Source of the DNA: Octopus bimaculoides
Taxonomy: Eukaryota
DNA length: 64,000 bases
Assembly (NCBI RefSeq): GCF_001194135.2
Contig: NC_068995.1
Location: 1,740,248-1,804,247, forward strand
Direction of reading: 5' to 3'
Position 1 is the first letter of the stretch; the number at the start of each line of letters is the position of its first letter. Of this stretch, positions 1 to 10,872 are shown in pieces. Below the pieces are notes generated by a model that was not told the DNA's origin, did no database searches, and saw only the letters and a program-made list of their open reading frames with translations. Made by a program: the position numbers and the translations under genes.

Positions 1-499
1 TAGAGTAAAAAAGAATGTGGGTAAATCGATAGCTCTGCCTTAATTTTTCTTTCTTTTCTTTTTTTCTCTCACGGTGGGTTTTTTGGGGTTTCGCGAGGAT
101 GTAGCAACGTGAGATATGTATGAATGTTAAGCTGCATATTATTCGGTTGCATCAAACCTGATAAATTTAGCAACACATGAAACTGAAGTATTTGTAAAAA
201 GTTGCTTGATGAAAGACATTAATCTAGAATCCAGTTACTATCGATATCACAACGGCGAAAGATTGCGTTTAGACCTGTGATCTCATTAGAGTTATCAAAA
301 CCTCGTTGACAGGGAATTTTTGTAAGTGGAAAAACAAAGGATATGAGGTAATGTAAGCTTCATTGAGCTAATCAGCAATGTTGATTAACAATGTAAATAA
401 TTTTAGTTGGTGTGCTTAATTTTTTATGTAAGTGGGTCTCGCTGGTATCATCAAATACTTCAGTCCCACCCATCCAAGAATAAAACGGATTCTAAGGAA

Positions 500-1175
500 A
501 TGAAGTCAACCGCACGTGATCAGAAGTATGCTAAAAATTATCTGAGGTATGGCTTCAATGACTTGAAACAAAGAAAGGTGTGCGCGCGCGCCAAAATGTG
601 TGCGTTTCGTGTGGAAAACTCTTGTTTTATGATGATATGAAATCGAAAAGCCTTTTTGGTCACCTTTGTAAAGTTCACCGTGCTATTGCTGGTACAACTG
701 TGAAGAAATTTCGAGAATTGAGACGTACTCTCCAAGATCAACGGTTGGATTCTATACAACATTTCGTTTATTACGAAAGCCAATGCACTCTGCATTTTGC
801 GTAGCAGAAAATGTGTCACGGTGCAGGAAAAGCAGCGACTATGTTCGGAGCTGAGATTCTTGCGAGAAATATACCAAAAGAGAAACAACGAAACTATCAA
901 GAGTTTTCTGCCGCTGACAACACCATTCCATATCAAGGAAATGAAATAGCGATGGCTGCTGAGTTGCATATTGTTGGTGAAATGAAAGATTTGATACAAA
1001 GTTCAGGCATTCAGCTCAAGGAAGCCACTGATGTTTTTAACCGAATTCAACTGATTTGATTTATCAACTGATTTAATCTATCACAATATCTTTCGAGAGA
1101 TAAATATGTTGAAACGTTCTCTAATAGAAAAATAAAATATTCTAAGATCAACGATGTAGATAAGATGTTTCCTGA
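500..1175 (+). pseudogene. Degenerate hAT-superfamily transposase fragment (Buster/Charlie, ZBED5/SCAND3-like N-terminal region)
   Basis: Across a frameshift and a stop the translation reads KYAKNYLRYGF...CVSCGKLLFYDDMKSKSLFGHLCKVH...SAADNTIP...GIQLKEATDVFNRIQLI. This parallels the Buster-type motifs Y..YL.FGF / C..C...L....MK..KL..HL...H / SNNTV / ALQLDESTDV.N..QL. The catalytic Asp of DESTD is replaced by Lys. Confidence 0.75.
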
Positions 1176-1474
1176 CCCCCCCCCCCCGACAAGCCAATGG
1201 TTGTTATATTTATCAAATTTAATCAGTTTATTAAAAGTAGCGAAGTCCTCGGCAATCGAAATGGGAGGGGGGAGGGTATTGGTTCATATTTCAGTCGGAA
1301 CTTCACATGGACAAAGTTACCATTGTCGCTGTCATTTTGGAGTACGGCTGTGCAAAAGACGAATTTCCAAAGTCGAGAAATGATTCTGTGAGCCGAAGCA
1401 CATTTGATAATATCGATAGTATTTCCCTTTTTGTGTGTGGAGGAGCTGCTAATATATTCTTTTCTACTCTAGGT

Positions 1475-1600
1475 ACAAGGCCCGAAATTTTGGGGGAGGA
1501 GGCCAGTCGATTAGATCGACCCCAGTACGCAACTGGTACTTAATTTATCGATCCCAAAAGGATGAAAGGCAAAGAAGACCTCGTCGGAATTTGTGCTCAG
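1475..1600 (-). mobile_element. tRNA-derived SINE, family A (core GCCTTTCATCCTTT.GGGGTCGATAAA, resembling the Meta/Sauria-type core); CpGs intact
   Basis: Reverse complement matches the copies at 7410, 20925, 46375, 53790, 57046 and 61935. Confidence 0.8.
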
Positions 1601-1677
1601 AACGTAGAGCTTCTAATATATTCGAAATAATGTCCTCATCTTTGTTGTTACAACGTTTCTACCGTTGCATCCTTCCA

Positions 1678-1814
1678 GCCTGCGCCAGATGCCTGCGCCA
1701 GATGCCTGCGCCAGATGCCTGCGCCAGATGCCTGCGCCAGATGCCTGCGCCAGATGCCTGCGCCAGATGCCTGCGCCAGATGCCTGCGCCAGATGCCTGC
1801 GCCAGATGCCTGCC
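1678..1814. repeat. Perfect 13-bp minisatellite (GCCTGCGCCAGAT) x ~10.5
   Basis: Identical units read directly, with no spacers. Confidence 0.97.
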
Positions 1815-2159
1815 ATATTCCGGAGCGTTCTCAAAATTTCTGAACTGAACACATTATCCTCATTTAGTGCTCATACTCTCCTATTTGTCCTGCCGCTGAG
1901 AATACATTGTTTTACTTCCCAGGGATTGAACTTATCTCCACTAGCTAACTTACTACATTTAACCAACATTCATGTCCACTATTCCATGGTGTCTTAGGAT
2001 CAGTGTGCAACAGAAAGTAGAAGCTTCAAACCAAACACATTCTCTTTACATTTCGCCGTCCTTTTAACGGTTTTCAGACTAAATTCATTAATACTAAATC
2101 TATAACAAGCACTGAAGGGGTTCGGGTTAGTGGGTGGCGTTTGAAGGGGTCTAGTGAGT

Positions 2160-2460
2160 AGCGTGTTCGGTTGAAGGGGTCTAGTGGGTGGCGTGTTCGG
2201 CTCATGATCATAAACTCGTGGGTTCAATTCCTGAACCGGGCGGCACGCTGCATCCTTGAGCAATTCATTTCCCGTTGCTTCAGTCTACACAGCTGAATAG
2301 TGAATGCCTGGCTTAGTGCTTGTGCACTCGTCTCTCCCTCCAGTTGTCACATCTTCGGTGTTCCTCTGGGTCTAAGAGTGAAGACCACCGACAGCGTGTC
2401 GTCTATGCCTGCCCGTCATTACAATGAAGTATATAAAACTGTCATAGCTGTTACTAAGCA
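2160..2460 (+). mobile_element. tRNA-derived SINE, family B
   Basis: A-box/B-box-like head (…gtgttcggctcatgatcataaactcgtgggttcaattcc) followed by ccttgagcaa…gttgcttcagtctacacagctg. The same head and body occur at 18765(-), 30595(-), 34046(+) and 38320(-). Confidence 0.75.
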
Positions 2461-3774
2461 ACATACCTCTCACCAAACCCCAATCTCCACCCCACCCCGC
2501 CAGTGACGGTTGGATGTTTTAACAACAGCTCTGCAGTAAATGACAAATAAGTTCTCCATTTTGTGCACTTGTGCTTTGTATAACACACAATTTTGTGTTG
2601 GGATAATTTCAACCTGTCAGACTTTAAATAGGGATAAAATTTAGGGGGAAAAATTAGGGACCTCTAACATAGAGACTCCTTCTTCGTCACGTTATGTTTT
2701 ACGTTTCTTTTTCTTCCATTTTCTTTTCTTTCCATTTTTGTCTTCTTTCCCTTATTCTTGTGATGGTGGTGGAGGTGATGGTGGTGGAGGTGATGGCGGT
2801 TTTGGGTGAATGATTTCATAAACGCATTTAATAAGGGAGTCTTTAGCTTGGTGCTGGAATCTGGATAAGGTCTTACATCAAATGCTTCCCATGACACGTG
2901 ATGTGGCGTCACCATTATTACGATCCTAAACGTTACTAATTATATCAAACGCAGTTTCATGGCTGGTTTTTTGTTTTGTTGTTTTTTTATTGTTTCTTTT
3001 TCTTTTTTATGCTGAATACAAATTATTCGCTTGTTTTTCTTTGAGTGTTTTCTTTGTTTTTCATATTTAACCGAATTAATAGTTTGGGGTGGCGTTTTAG
3101 AGTGGATGACATTTTCTGATTTGTCATTGTACCTGATGTTTGCAAGGTTCCTTATTTCTGTTTCAGCAATTAAGACATTATTTGGAGTTTGTAGTGATGG
3201 TGGTCATGTTGGTGTTGATGTGGTGGTGATGGTGGTGGGTGGTGTTCGTTATAATGGTGTTATTAGGGGCGGAGTCTTTGTGTTATTGGTATTGTGGTTA
3301 ATGTTGCTTTTGCAATTTTCGTTTGTGGTGGTTGTAGGTGGGATTGATGTTGACAGTGGTGTTTACTAAGCGCGAAATGCTAATGATGGTGTTGGCGATG
3401 TTGGTGATGATGTTGTTAGGAACGGATAGTTAGTGGTGGTGGTGGTGGTGGGTGGTGGTGATATTGTCTGGTGGTGTCTAACATCTTAGTTTAGTCGCGC
3501 CCTAGAATTATGAACGAATCTTCGATCACTTTGTGGGAATAAATTTAAAAGAATAAATTTAAAAGAAAAGAGACAAAAAAGTTTACAAACAAAAGAAAGA
3601 AAGAAGGATAATATTTAACCAAGCAGACTGACATTTACACAATATAGATAAAAACAGCAACAATGCAATCTGTAACTAACAGCTAATCTTTTGTTAACGT
3701 GGCCCGTAAAAGAAAAAGAAAAATAGAAATTTAGAATGTAGGTCAGTTCCCAAAGATAAGACGTGAGAAAGGTA

Positions 3775-5343
3775 TGTCAAGAAGTGTACTGTCTCCTTGC
3801 CTGATAAGGAGATTCCGGAACTGTGGGCAGGTGTGGTTGTTGTTTTTGAGATGTGTTTTTTTTCTTGCAGCTCATCTCTTCAATGTTGCTAGAATCATGT
3901 GTGAAGCGAAGGACCGAGAGTGGATTGCATGCCTGGCGTCCGGATTTTTATGAGGCACTCACAGTTCTTCTGTCTGACAATGAGGTCGGAAATGGGTCAA
4001 GAATGGGGGCGGATGGTAGCAGGATTCGTGATGGGCAAAAGCGATCATGTTCTTGGGAGAACTCTCAACGTCGACAAACATCAATTAAACAATATGTATC
4101 GTGAATCACTTTCAGTTTCAAGTCTATGAACTGCCTCCAGAGATTCATAGTCTGATGGCGGTCATCATTTCGACCCAGTCCGGCTGACGTCACTACCGTA
4201 CCTGTCGAATTTAGTCCGGTAATGTCCCCTTGTAGCGCTTCCTGGTCAGGAATGTCTGAGAATTATCTATATTTTTCAGGCTGACAGTCCTCCAGAATAG
4301 GCTGCTTAATGAATCTTCGTGGAGAATTGTGGGCGTCTGACAAAATTCCAGATGCCAGGAGCTCAGTTTTGGTTTTAGGTTGACATGAGACTACAGCTCC
4401 AACAAAAACATCGCTTTCAGGTAGATCATTGTTTGCGAGGCAGACCTCACAAACAATGATCTACTTTCGTTCACTGTCCAGAAATCTCTGGGGATGCCAC
4501 AAATTTAACGCACGTCTATTCATCATCAGACACCTCAAACTGAATCTTCCGTCCTGAGAATGCTGGAAGGTGGTAGGCCTTTTTATCTGTAATATGCGGA
4601 AGAGTAGACTGTTTTTCAGAATCATAGAATTCTAATGAAGTAAATTATGAAAATGATTTAGAATTCATACATCTTCCTACAGACGAAAGAAAGACTTTAT
4701 CACCACCACGATAAAATTTAACGGTAAAATACTAACAACAACTACAAGAAATATGAGCTTGGTCAACGCAGACTTAATGAAAACGGACACGTGTATCAAT
4801 ATCATCAGAATAAACCAAATAATTTGTCCATAAGCCACAGTAGTTGCAAAGGAGAGTGTGGAGTCGCTTAGATCCACTCATGTAAGAATACCAAAACAGA
4901 AGCAAACGATGTCGATAACTAACATACGAAGAAAGATATCATACAAAAGAACATCGCTGTTCAACTTGAATGAGGAAGCGACATGAGTAAGAGAAACAAT
5001 TGCTACAGAATTGGAAGTATTTAGAATTAAAAACCACCTGAAACAGGAAATCCTTTTCAAATGGCTGTGAATCCATAGCGATACTTTTAACAACACAAAC
5101 AATTCGAATTCAACCAAGATGTCGGTTAGAAAAAAAATAGAAATAAAATGTTGTGCCAGCTGGAAGAGGAACAGAGAAAACAAAATGTTAAAACAAATAT
5201 GGATAACTAATGAATCGACAAAGAGGAAAGCGCTTAAAAATAAATATTGTCTCTGAATAATCAAGTGCCTCCGACTAGTTTAGATTCTACGAAAAATGGT
5301 CACCACGAAGGCATCCTTTAGCTTCAGGAGGAGCAACGGCAAT
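3775..5343 (-). pseudogene. Degenerate single-frame ORF relic (~520 codons, 9 internal stops); possibly the 5' part of a Penelope-like element ORF
   Basis: Manual translation of the frame containing ORFs 4878-5264 and 4677-4877 stays in register down to ~3777. The segment MNLWRQFIDLKLKVIHDTYCLIDVCRR loosely resembles Penelope-like ORF N-termini. Family assignment is uncertain. Confidence 0.45.
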
Positions 5344-5374
5344 CCTTTAAAAAAATTTTTTTAATAAATAAATA

Positions 5375-5375
<1 letters not shown>

Positions 5376-5441
<66 letters not shown>
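5376..5441. repeat. (TAA)n microsatellite
   Basis: Read directly. Confidence 0.98.
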
Positions 5442-5443
<2 letters not shown>

Positions 5444-6399
5444 CTAAGCAGTGTAAGCAGGTAAGGCTGAGGGAGAAACATCTAGGTTAGCATTAAACAC
5501 ACGTAATAAAAATCAGACAAGAGAAATAACAACAATGCTGCTCTTTATTAAAGAAATATTCAGATTTGTGTTGTAAATATTTGGCACGCCCGGCCTGGTC
5601 GTCCACCGTCTTCTATTGGGGCTTACGTGGGTGTCAGGTGCGTGTACATGTGTGTGTGCGTGCTAGGTTGCTTGTGAATACATGCATGTCAGTATGTGTA
5701 CGTGTGTATGTGTGCGTGTGTGTTAATGTGTTCAGCGGTTTATGTACTCACACACAGAGGCACACGCGCATATATGTCTGTATGTGTATGTGTTCGTGCG
5801 GGGTATGTGTGTGTGTATGTGAATGTGTGGTGTGTGTGTGTGTGTGCGTGTGTGTGTTTGTCCGTCCGCCCGTCCGTGTCCAGTGAAAAGTAACCGACCG
5901 ATTACAGTCATACGAACAAACATTTTAAAATCTGTGAGAAGCCGAAGAGAGACAAATATTAAAATAGTTCCTTACTATACGACACACTAACTACCACCAC
6001 CACCACTGCCGCCGCCACCACCACCACCACCACACCCACCACCTTCACCTCCACCACCAACACTGCCACCACCACCACCACCGCCGTCTCCACCACGACG
6101 ACGACCACCACCAGCAACAACAACAACAACAACAACGGTTTGACAAACACAAAAGGTTATTCAGTGTCGTTAGTGAATTTGATCTCAATTCACTGTTTCT
6201 CTCTCCTCCTCTCCTTCTCCGCGCGCGCGTGCGCGTACGCGTGTGTTGATATATATGACGGGTATACATACATACATACATTTGTGTGTGTGTGTGTGTG
6301 CAATATACACATGCATACATATAAATGACTTACATATGTGTATTTATATAGATGTGTGTATGTGTGTACATATATATATATCTACATATATATATTAGC

Positions 6400-6690
6400 G
6401 TTCTACCTCAGATTCGCGATTGGCCGTACGGCTTTTGAATGTTGTTTTCACTGTCCAATTTTTCCTGTCTTGGTTTGTGTTTGCCACCTTGGAATCCTCT
6501 GTGTAGTGGGTTGATCCACTACTCATGAAGAGACTATTCTAGAGTACGTTCTGTCTTATCTTCGAAACGTCAGGTTAGAATAGAGACAGCTGATGAAGGG
6601 ATATTCCAAGTGGCTTTCCGTTTTCCTATGTGTTCGTTCCGTTGTCTGTAGTTCATTGTTCTAACGTCCTGTACCCTGATATGCATATAT
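6400..6690 (+). mobile_element. Probable Penelope-like element terminal (pLTR-like) fragment
   Basis: Contains cgaaacgtcag and ctgatgaaggg half-motifs followed by a T-rich tail ending in a (TA)n/(CA)n microsatellite, an arrangement typical of PLE termini. Confidence 0.45.
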
Positions 6691-6801
6691 ATACACATGT
6701 AGATGAAAGTATATACATATATGTGTGTATACATGTATATGTATTCTTTGTATTATATATATATATATATATATNNNNNNNNNNNNNNNNNACATACATA
6801 T

Positions 6802-6827
6802 AGATAGGTAGGTAGGTAGGTAGATAA

Positions 6828-6893
<66 letters not shown>
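6802..6893. repeat. (GATA)n/(GGTA)n microsatellite
   Basis: Read directly. Confidence 0.98.
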
Positions 6894-6894
<1 letters not shown>

Positions 6895-7409
6895 TACAGT
6901 GGCTGACTGGTCAGGTTGCCAGCTTGCCCGAGGGCAAGTGGGACCCTGCGCCATTAGAATCCATATATGGGGGCCCATGTTAATATCTAAGGGACCCATC
7001 TCCTCAAGTTTGAGAATTAATTAATTCTCTCCTGAAAGAAAACATTAATTATTTCAGCCTGGTTGTGTTTGTAGACAGTTGAAAAGAATACTTTTGACAA
7101 AAAAAAAAAAAATAAATAAATTAAATGATAGCATTGTAGTTGCGGGTGGGACCCCTTAGTCTCCTGGCAACCAATATTTTTAGACTCAGTCTGTCACTAC
7201 ACGCACTCACACACTCACACATCCACACATACAAATTATTATTGATTGTATACATTAAGTGGTCGGTAGTGCTCAATGTATATGGTAGAGTTCGTTTTCT
7301 GACTGAGAATTGCACCAGTGATCACTCATGTGACACCTAATAGATAACAGAGAGTGAAACTAGTAATTTTCTGATCAATTAATATTTACCCTCTCCTTTC
7401 GTCTGTCTC

Positions 7410-7548
7410 TATGTTTTGAGTTCAAATTCCGCCGAGGCCGACTTTGCCTTTCGAATAATTAAGTACCAGTTGCATACTGGGGATCAATCTAATCGACTCC
7501 CTTCTCCCCCCCAAATTTTGGGCCTTGTGCCTAGAGTAGAAAAGAATA
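7410..7548 (+). mobile_element. SINE family A, internally deleted; CpGs intact
   Basis: gagttcaaattccgccgaggccgactttgcctttc…aattaagtaccagttg…ggccttgtgcctagagtagaaaag. Confidence 0.8.
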
Positions 7549-8968
7549 TTCACTCACCTCGTCACTCTCAATTTCATTCCACAGTATATCTGAATAGCAT
7601 AAATGTATTCATTTCGAGTTCAATTTACGACCTTACAGCTTAATAGCAGGACCATGGCTCACTAAGCATTTCCTTACATTTAAAGACGGTCTGACCAAGA
7701 GGACAACACCGCAATTGTTAAACTCTTATCATTTGGGTTATCATATTTCTTGCTCTGCTTGAGTATGAGACGGTTTCTCTTAAACATTACAATCTATTGT
7801 TCTTTCAGTTCTTTCGGCGACTGACGTTTATTGCCTGACAAACTCTTTATTAGAATTAGAATCAGAATTAGAAACACCGATATGGCTAGAAAGAAGAGCT
7901 AAACTGCTGTAGTCAAAGTGCATAATTGTATACACACATAGAGACAGGGACTATAGTCCATATATATGTATGTATGCATGTATGTATGTATGTATGTATG
8001 TATGTATGTATGTATGTATGTATGTACAAACACACAGAGAAACACGATTTTGTGTTAGGTGATAAGTTTATTCATCTATGCCGGCTATAATTTTTTTTTA
8101 TATCTACGTGCTGTATGTTGTTTCTGGTGTTTTCATTTCATCTGAGCCATCTTTGTACTTCAAGATATCATCCTAAACATGGATTTATTTTCATATTTGC
8201 AAATAATTTATTTATACTATCATTATGATTATTATAATGTTTATTTATATTATTAATATAATATTATAATTATTTAACTGCACTATTAACATAATTGTCC
8301 ATTTATACTATTAACATATAATATATAATTGTGCAATTGACACCATTTGTGGTGTTAAAAAAAAACAGTCCATTTTAATTAGCTGATTTTAATTATTTTT
8401 CCTCTTACATTCCTGACATTCAAACACATTTGTAAAATATTTTACGAACAGAAGAACCGTATAAAATCCATCGAAATCTTTTGGGTCACTTTGTACGTTT
8501 CCGGTTTCTCTATTGTCTTTCACTGATCTGTTCATAATCGTCGCGTTGCTCTTACAATTTTGTCTTTCTTATCGTCTGCCATTGACAATATAACACAAAG
8601 TTTATACTTAAAAGTGGGACCGTGAGAAATATGAATTCGTGTCGTGTACTAATTCTAATATATTACGACAAGTATATATTTCAATGTGAAAGAGTGGTGC
8701 ATATGTTGGAATACATACATACATACATACAAACGCACACACATATATATGCATATTTATATATATATAACATATATACATACATACAAGTCCTAGGCGT
8801 GGCGCATGAAAAAAAAAGAATATATATATATTCATATTTCACTTAGTCATAGCGAGACTAATAACCTGGTACAGAACGCAATGATGGATGAGTAAAGAGT
8901 AAAGAGTGGTAATAGGAACAAAGAGATTATACTGGAAAAAGCAAATGTTATGTGTAATGCGCGCCATT

Positions 8969-9049
8969 AGCTTACAGTTGTTTCTGCTGTAAGAAGTGGT
9001 GGATATTCAGTTGAGTACCTAGATAACATCCTATAGCTTCATCAGAGCC
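8969..9049 (-). ncRNA. Minimal type I hammerhead-ribozyme-like motif (atypical stem II base)
   Basis: Minus strand reads GGCU-CUGAUGA-A-GCU…long hairpin…AGC-A-GAAAC-AACU-GUA^AGCU. Stem I is ggct/agct; the inner hairpin is ggatgtt/aatatcc. Confidence 0.6.
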
Positions 9050-9334
9050 TTGAATATGAAGTACAGTTTATTTGGGAGAGTTACATTTTCAGAACATAGA
9101 GGCGTTACAAGTAAGAAAGTTGATGTTAATGCCTATGGAAAGACCTGTCCAAGAGTAAAAAGAGGTGTGCAAATATACGCGCTTACAGCAGAATACATTT
9201 TTTGTATGTATACATGTGTAGTGTATACAGTGTGACAGTGAGACAGAGAGGCACAGGTGTCTTGCTGTAGAGGAGGTACACGGTTACCCGGGCAGATACA
9301 TATATATTCTCTCTCCTTTTTTTTCTTCTTAATC

Positions 9335-9370
9335 CTTTCTGTCGAAGAGCGTAGGCACGAAACGTAAAAG
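9335..9370 (+). ncRNA. Minimal type I hammerhead-ribozyme-like motif with A6U core variant
   Basis: CUUU-CUGUCGA-A-GAGC-GUAG-GCAC-GAAAC-GUA^AAAG. Stem I is cttt/aaag, stem II pairs 3 of 4, and stem III is the self-complementary ACGU with no loop. Confidence 0.65.
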
Positions 9371-9458
9371 ACTTTTCCATTCTTCCCGAGCATTAAACTA
9401 ATGCACCTGCTTGTTGTTCCTACGTCTGTCTTCGTCTGTTGGTTTCTGTAAATTTGAA

Positions 9459-9490
<32 letters not shown>

Positions 9491-10274
9491 NNNNNNNNNN
9501 NNNNNNNNNNNNNNNNNNNNNNNNNNNNNNNNNNNNNNNNNNNNNNNNNNNNNNNNNNNNNNNNNNNNNNNNNNNNNNNNNNNNNNNNNNNNNNNNNNNN
9601 NNNNNNNNNNNNNNNNNNNNNNNNNNNNNNNNNNNNNNNNNNNNNNNNNNNNNNNNNNNNNNNNNNNNNNNNNNNNNNNNNNNNNNNNNNNNNNNNNNNN
9701 NNNNNNNNNNNNNNNNNNNNNNNNNNNNNNNNNNNNNNNNNNNNNNNNNNNNNNNNNNNNNNNNNNNNNNNNNNNNNNNNNNNNNNNNNNNNNNNNNNNN
9801 NNNNNNNNNNNNNNNNNNNNNNNNNNNNNNNNNNNNNNNNNNNNNNNNNNNNNNNNNNNNNNNNNNNNNNNNNNNNNNNNNNNNNNNNNNNNNNNNNNNN
9901 NNNNNNNNNNNNNNNNNNNNNNNNNNNNNNNNNNNNNNNNNNNNNNNNNNNNNNNNNNAATCCTCAAACGCAGGATAATGATAATAATATAGCCTGAACA
10001 GGATGAGCTACCCCTATTTTGTAGAAAAAAGTGTAGGCGGCCAATTTTTCCTCTGATTAGTTCGAGTATAAAAATGTAAATAACTTCAGCCTAAATGGTA
10101 ATTAAATTCCTATCTAGCTATACAAAGGGACACGTGCGAACACCTTCAGACACGCACAAATACGCCCTCGAAATCCAATGACCAATATACAGGTCAATAG
10201 TCTATGATTCATCTCTTATCTCTTAGACTATCGGAATGACATTATAAACGTTTATGCATTAAAGGACGCGCGCG

Positions 10275-10314
<40 letters not shown>

Positions 10315-10424
10315 TTCGTTCATGGTTATGAAATGAAGGAGATTGGATGTTAAAAAGGATTATAGTTTATTTTTCATATTCCCATACAATTGTTTCATAC
10401 AAATGGGTCCAGATATTTATAAAC

Positions 10425-10872
10425 AGGTGTACAGGTGGAAATGCAGGTCTTCCTGCAAACTACGCCTTACCGATCAGTTACCGACGCCAAGTTCAGTGGG
10501 ATGCCTCCAAGCATTTCCCGGGGTCCGTACCGTTCATGGCGCCCCCACCGCTCTCCTATTCATTAGTGTAGCTCGTGTACGGAGTGCATTCACCCAACGT
10601 AAGATTGTGTTACGGGTGCGAACACCCTGGTTTCGGTGAATGCTGAAATGACGCCAAAACTCACGCTGAACTGCTGTGACAGACTCGTTATTCTTCACGT
10701 AACTGTTGTAGGCAAACACGTGATGCTCTATCGTCAAACAGCGTCATGGCTTCAACTGAAAAATAATAAATAAATGCTAAGACACCACGGACCGAATGTC
10801 AGACATATGTCCCTTCCCCTGGGGCTGAGTAATAGCCATTACAAAACCGTCCGTCCTCTCTAACCCACCCTG
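10425..10872 (-). mobile_element. Tc1/mariner (DUF4817 HTH, Tc3-like) transposon 5' fragment with terminal inverted repeat end and TA target site; pseudogenised
   Basis: Translation TIEHHVFAYNSYVKNNESVTAVQREFWRHFSIHRNQGVRTRNTILRWVNALRT…P*TVRTP…SVRRSLQEDLHFH matches the DUF4817 pattern. The minus strand begins TA|CAGGGTGG at 10874/10872. Confidence 0.85.

Noticed and set aside
1678-1814. CRISPR-like array or coding repeat (ORFs 1591-1848, 1613-1852, 1665-1997)
   Set aside because: Units are contiguous with no unique spacers, there are no cas genes, and the context is eukaryotic. The ORFs arise only because the unit lacks stop codons.
2160-2260. tRNA genes (here and at other SINE heads)
   Set aside because: A/B-box-like heads run into SINE bodies and lack a full cloverleaf.
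4677-5264. NUMT (TGA read as Trp joining two hydrophobic ORFs)
   Set aside because: The same frame also has TAA/TAG stops, and no recognisable ND, COX, CYTB or ATP6 motif is present.
5600-5635. ER-stress element (CCAAT plus CCACG)
   Set aside because: The order and spacing of the two boxes do not match ERSE or ERSE-II.
6519-6606. Complete hammerhead from ctcatga…gaaacgtc or gaaacgtc…ctgatga
   Set aside because: Both core halves are present, but stem I does not close in either permutation and the first core has G5C. Kept only as a possible Penelope-like terminus.
6912-7173. hAT-like MITE with ggttgccag/ctggcaacc ends
   Set aside because: Only a 9-bp match, no target-site duplication seen and no second copy in the window.
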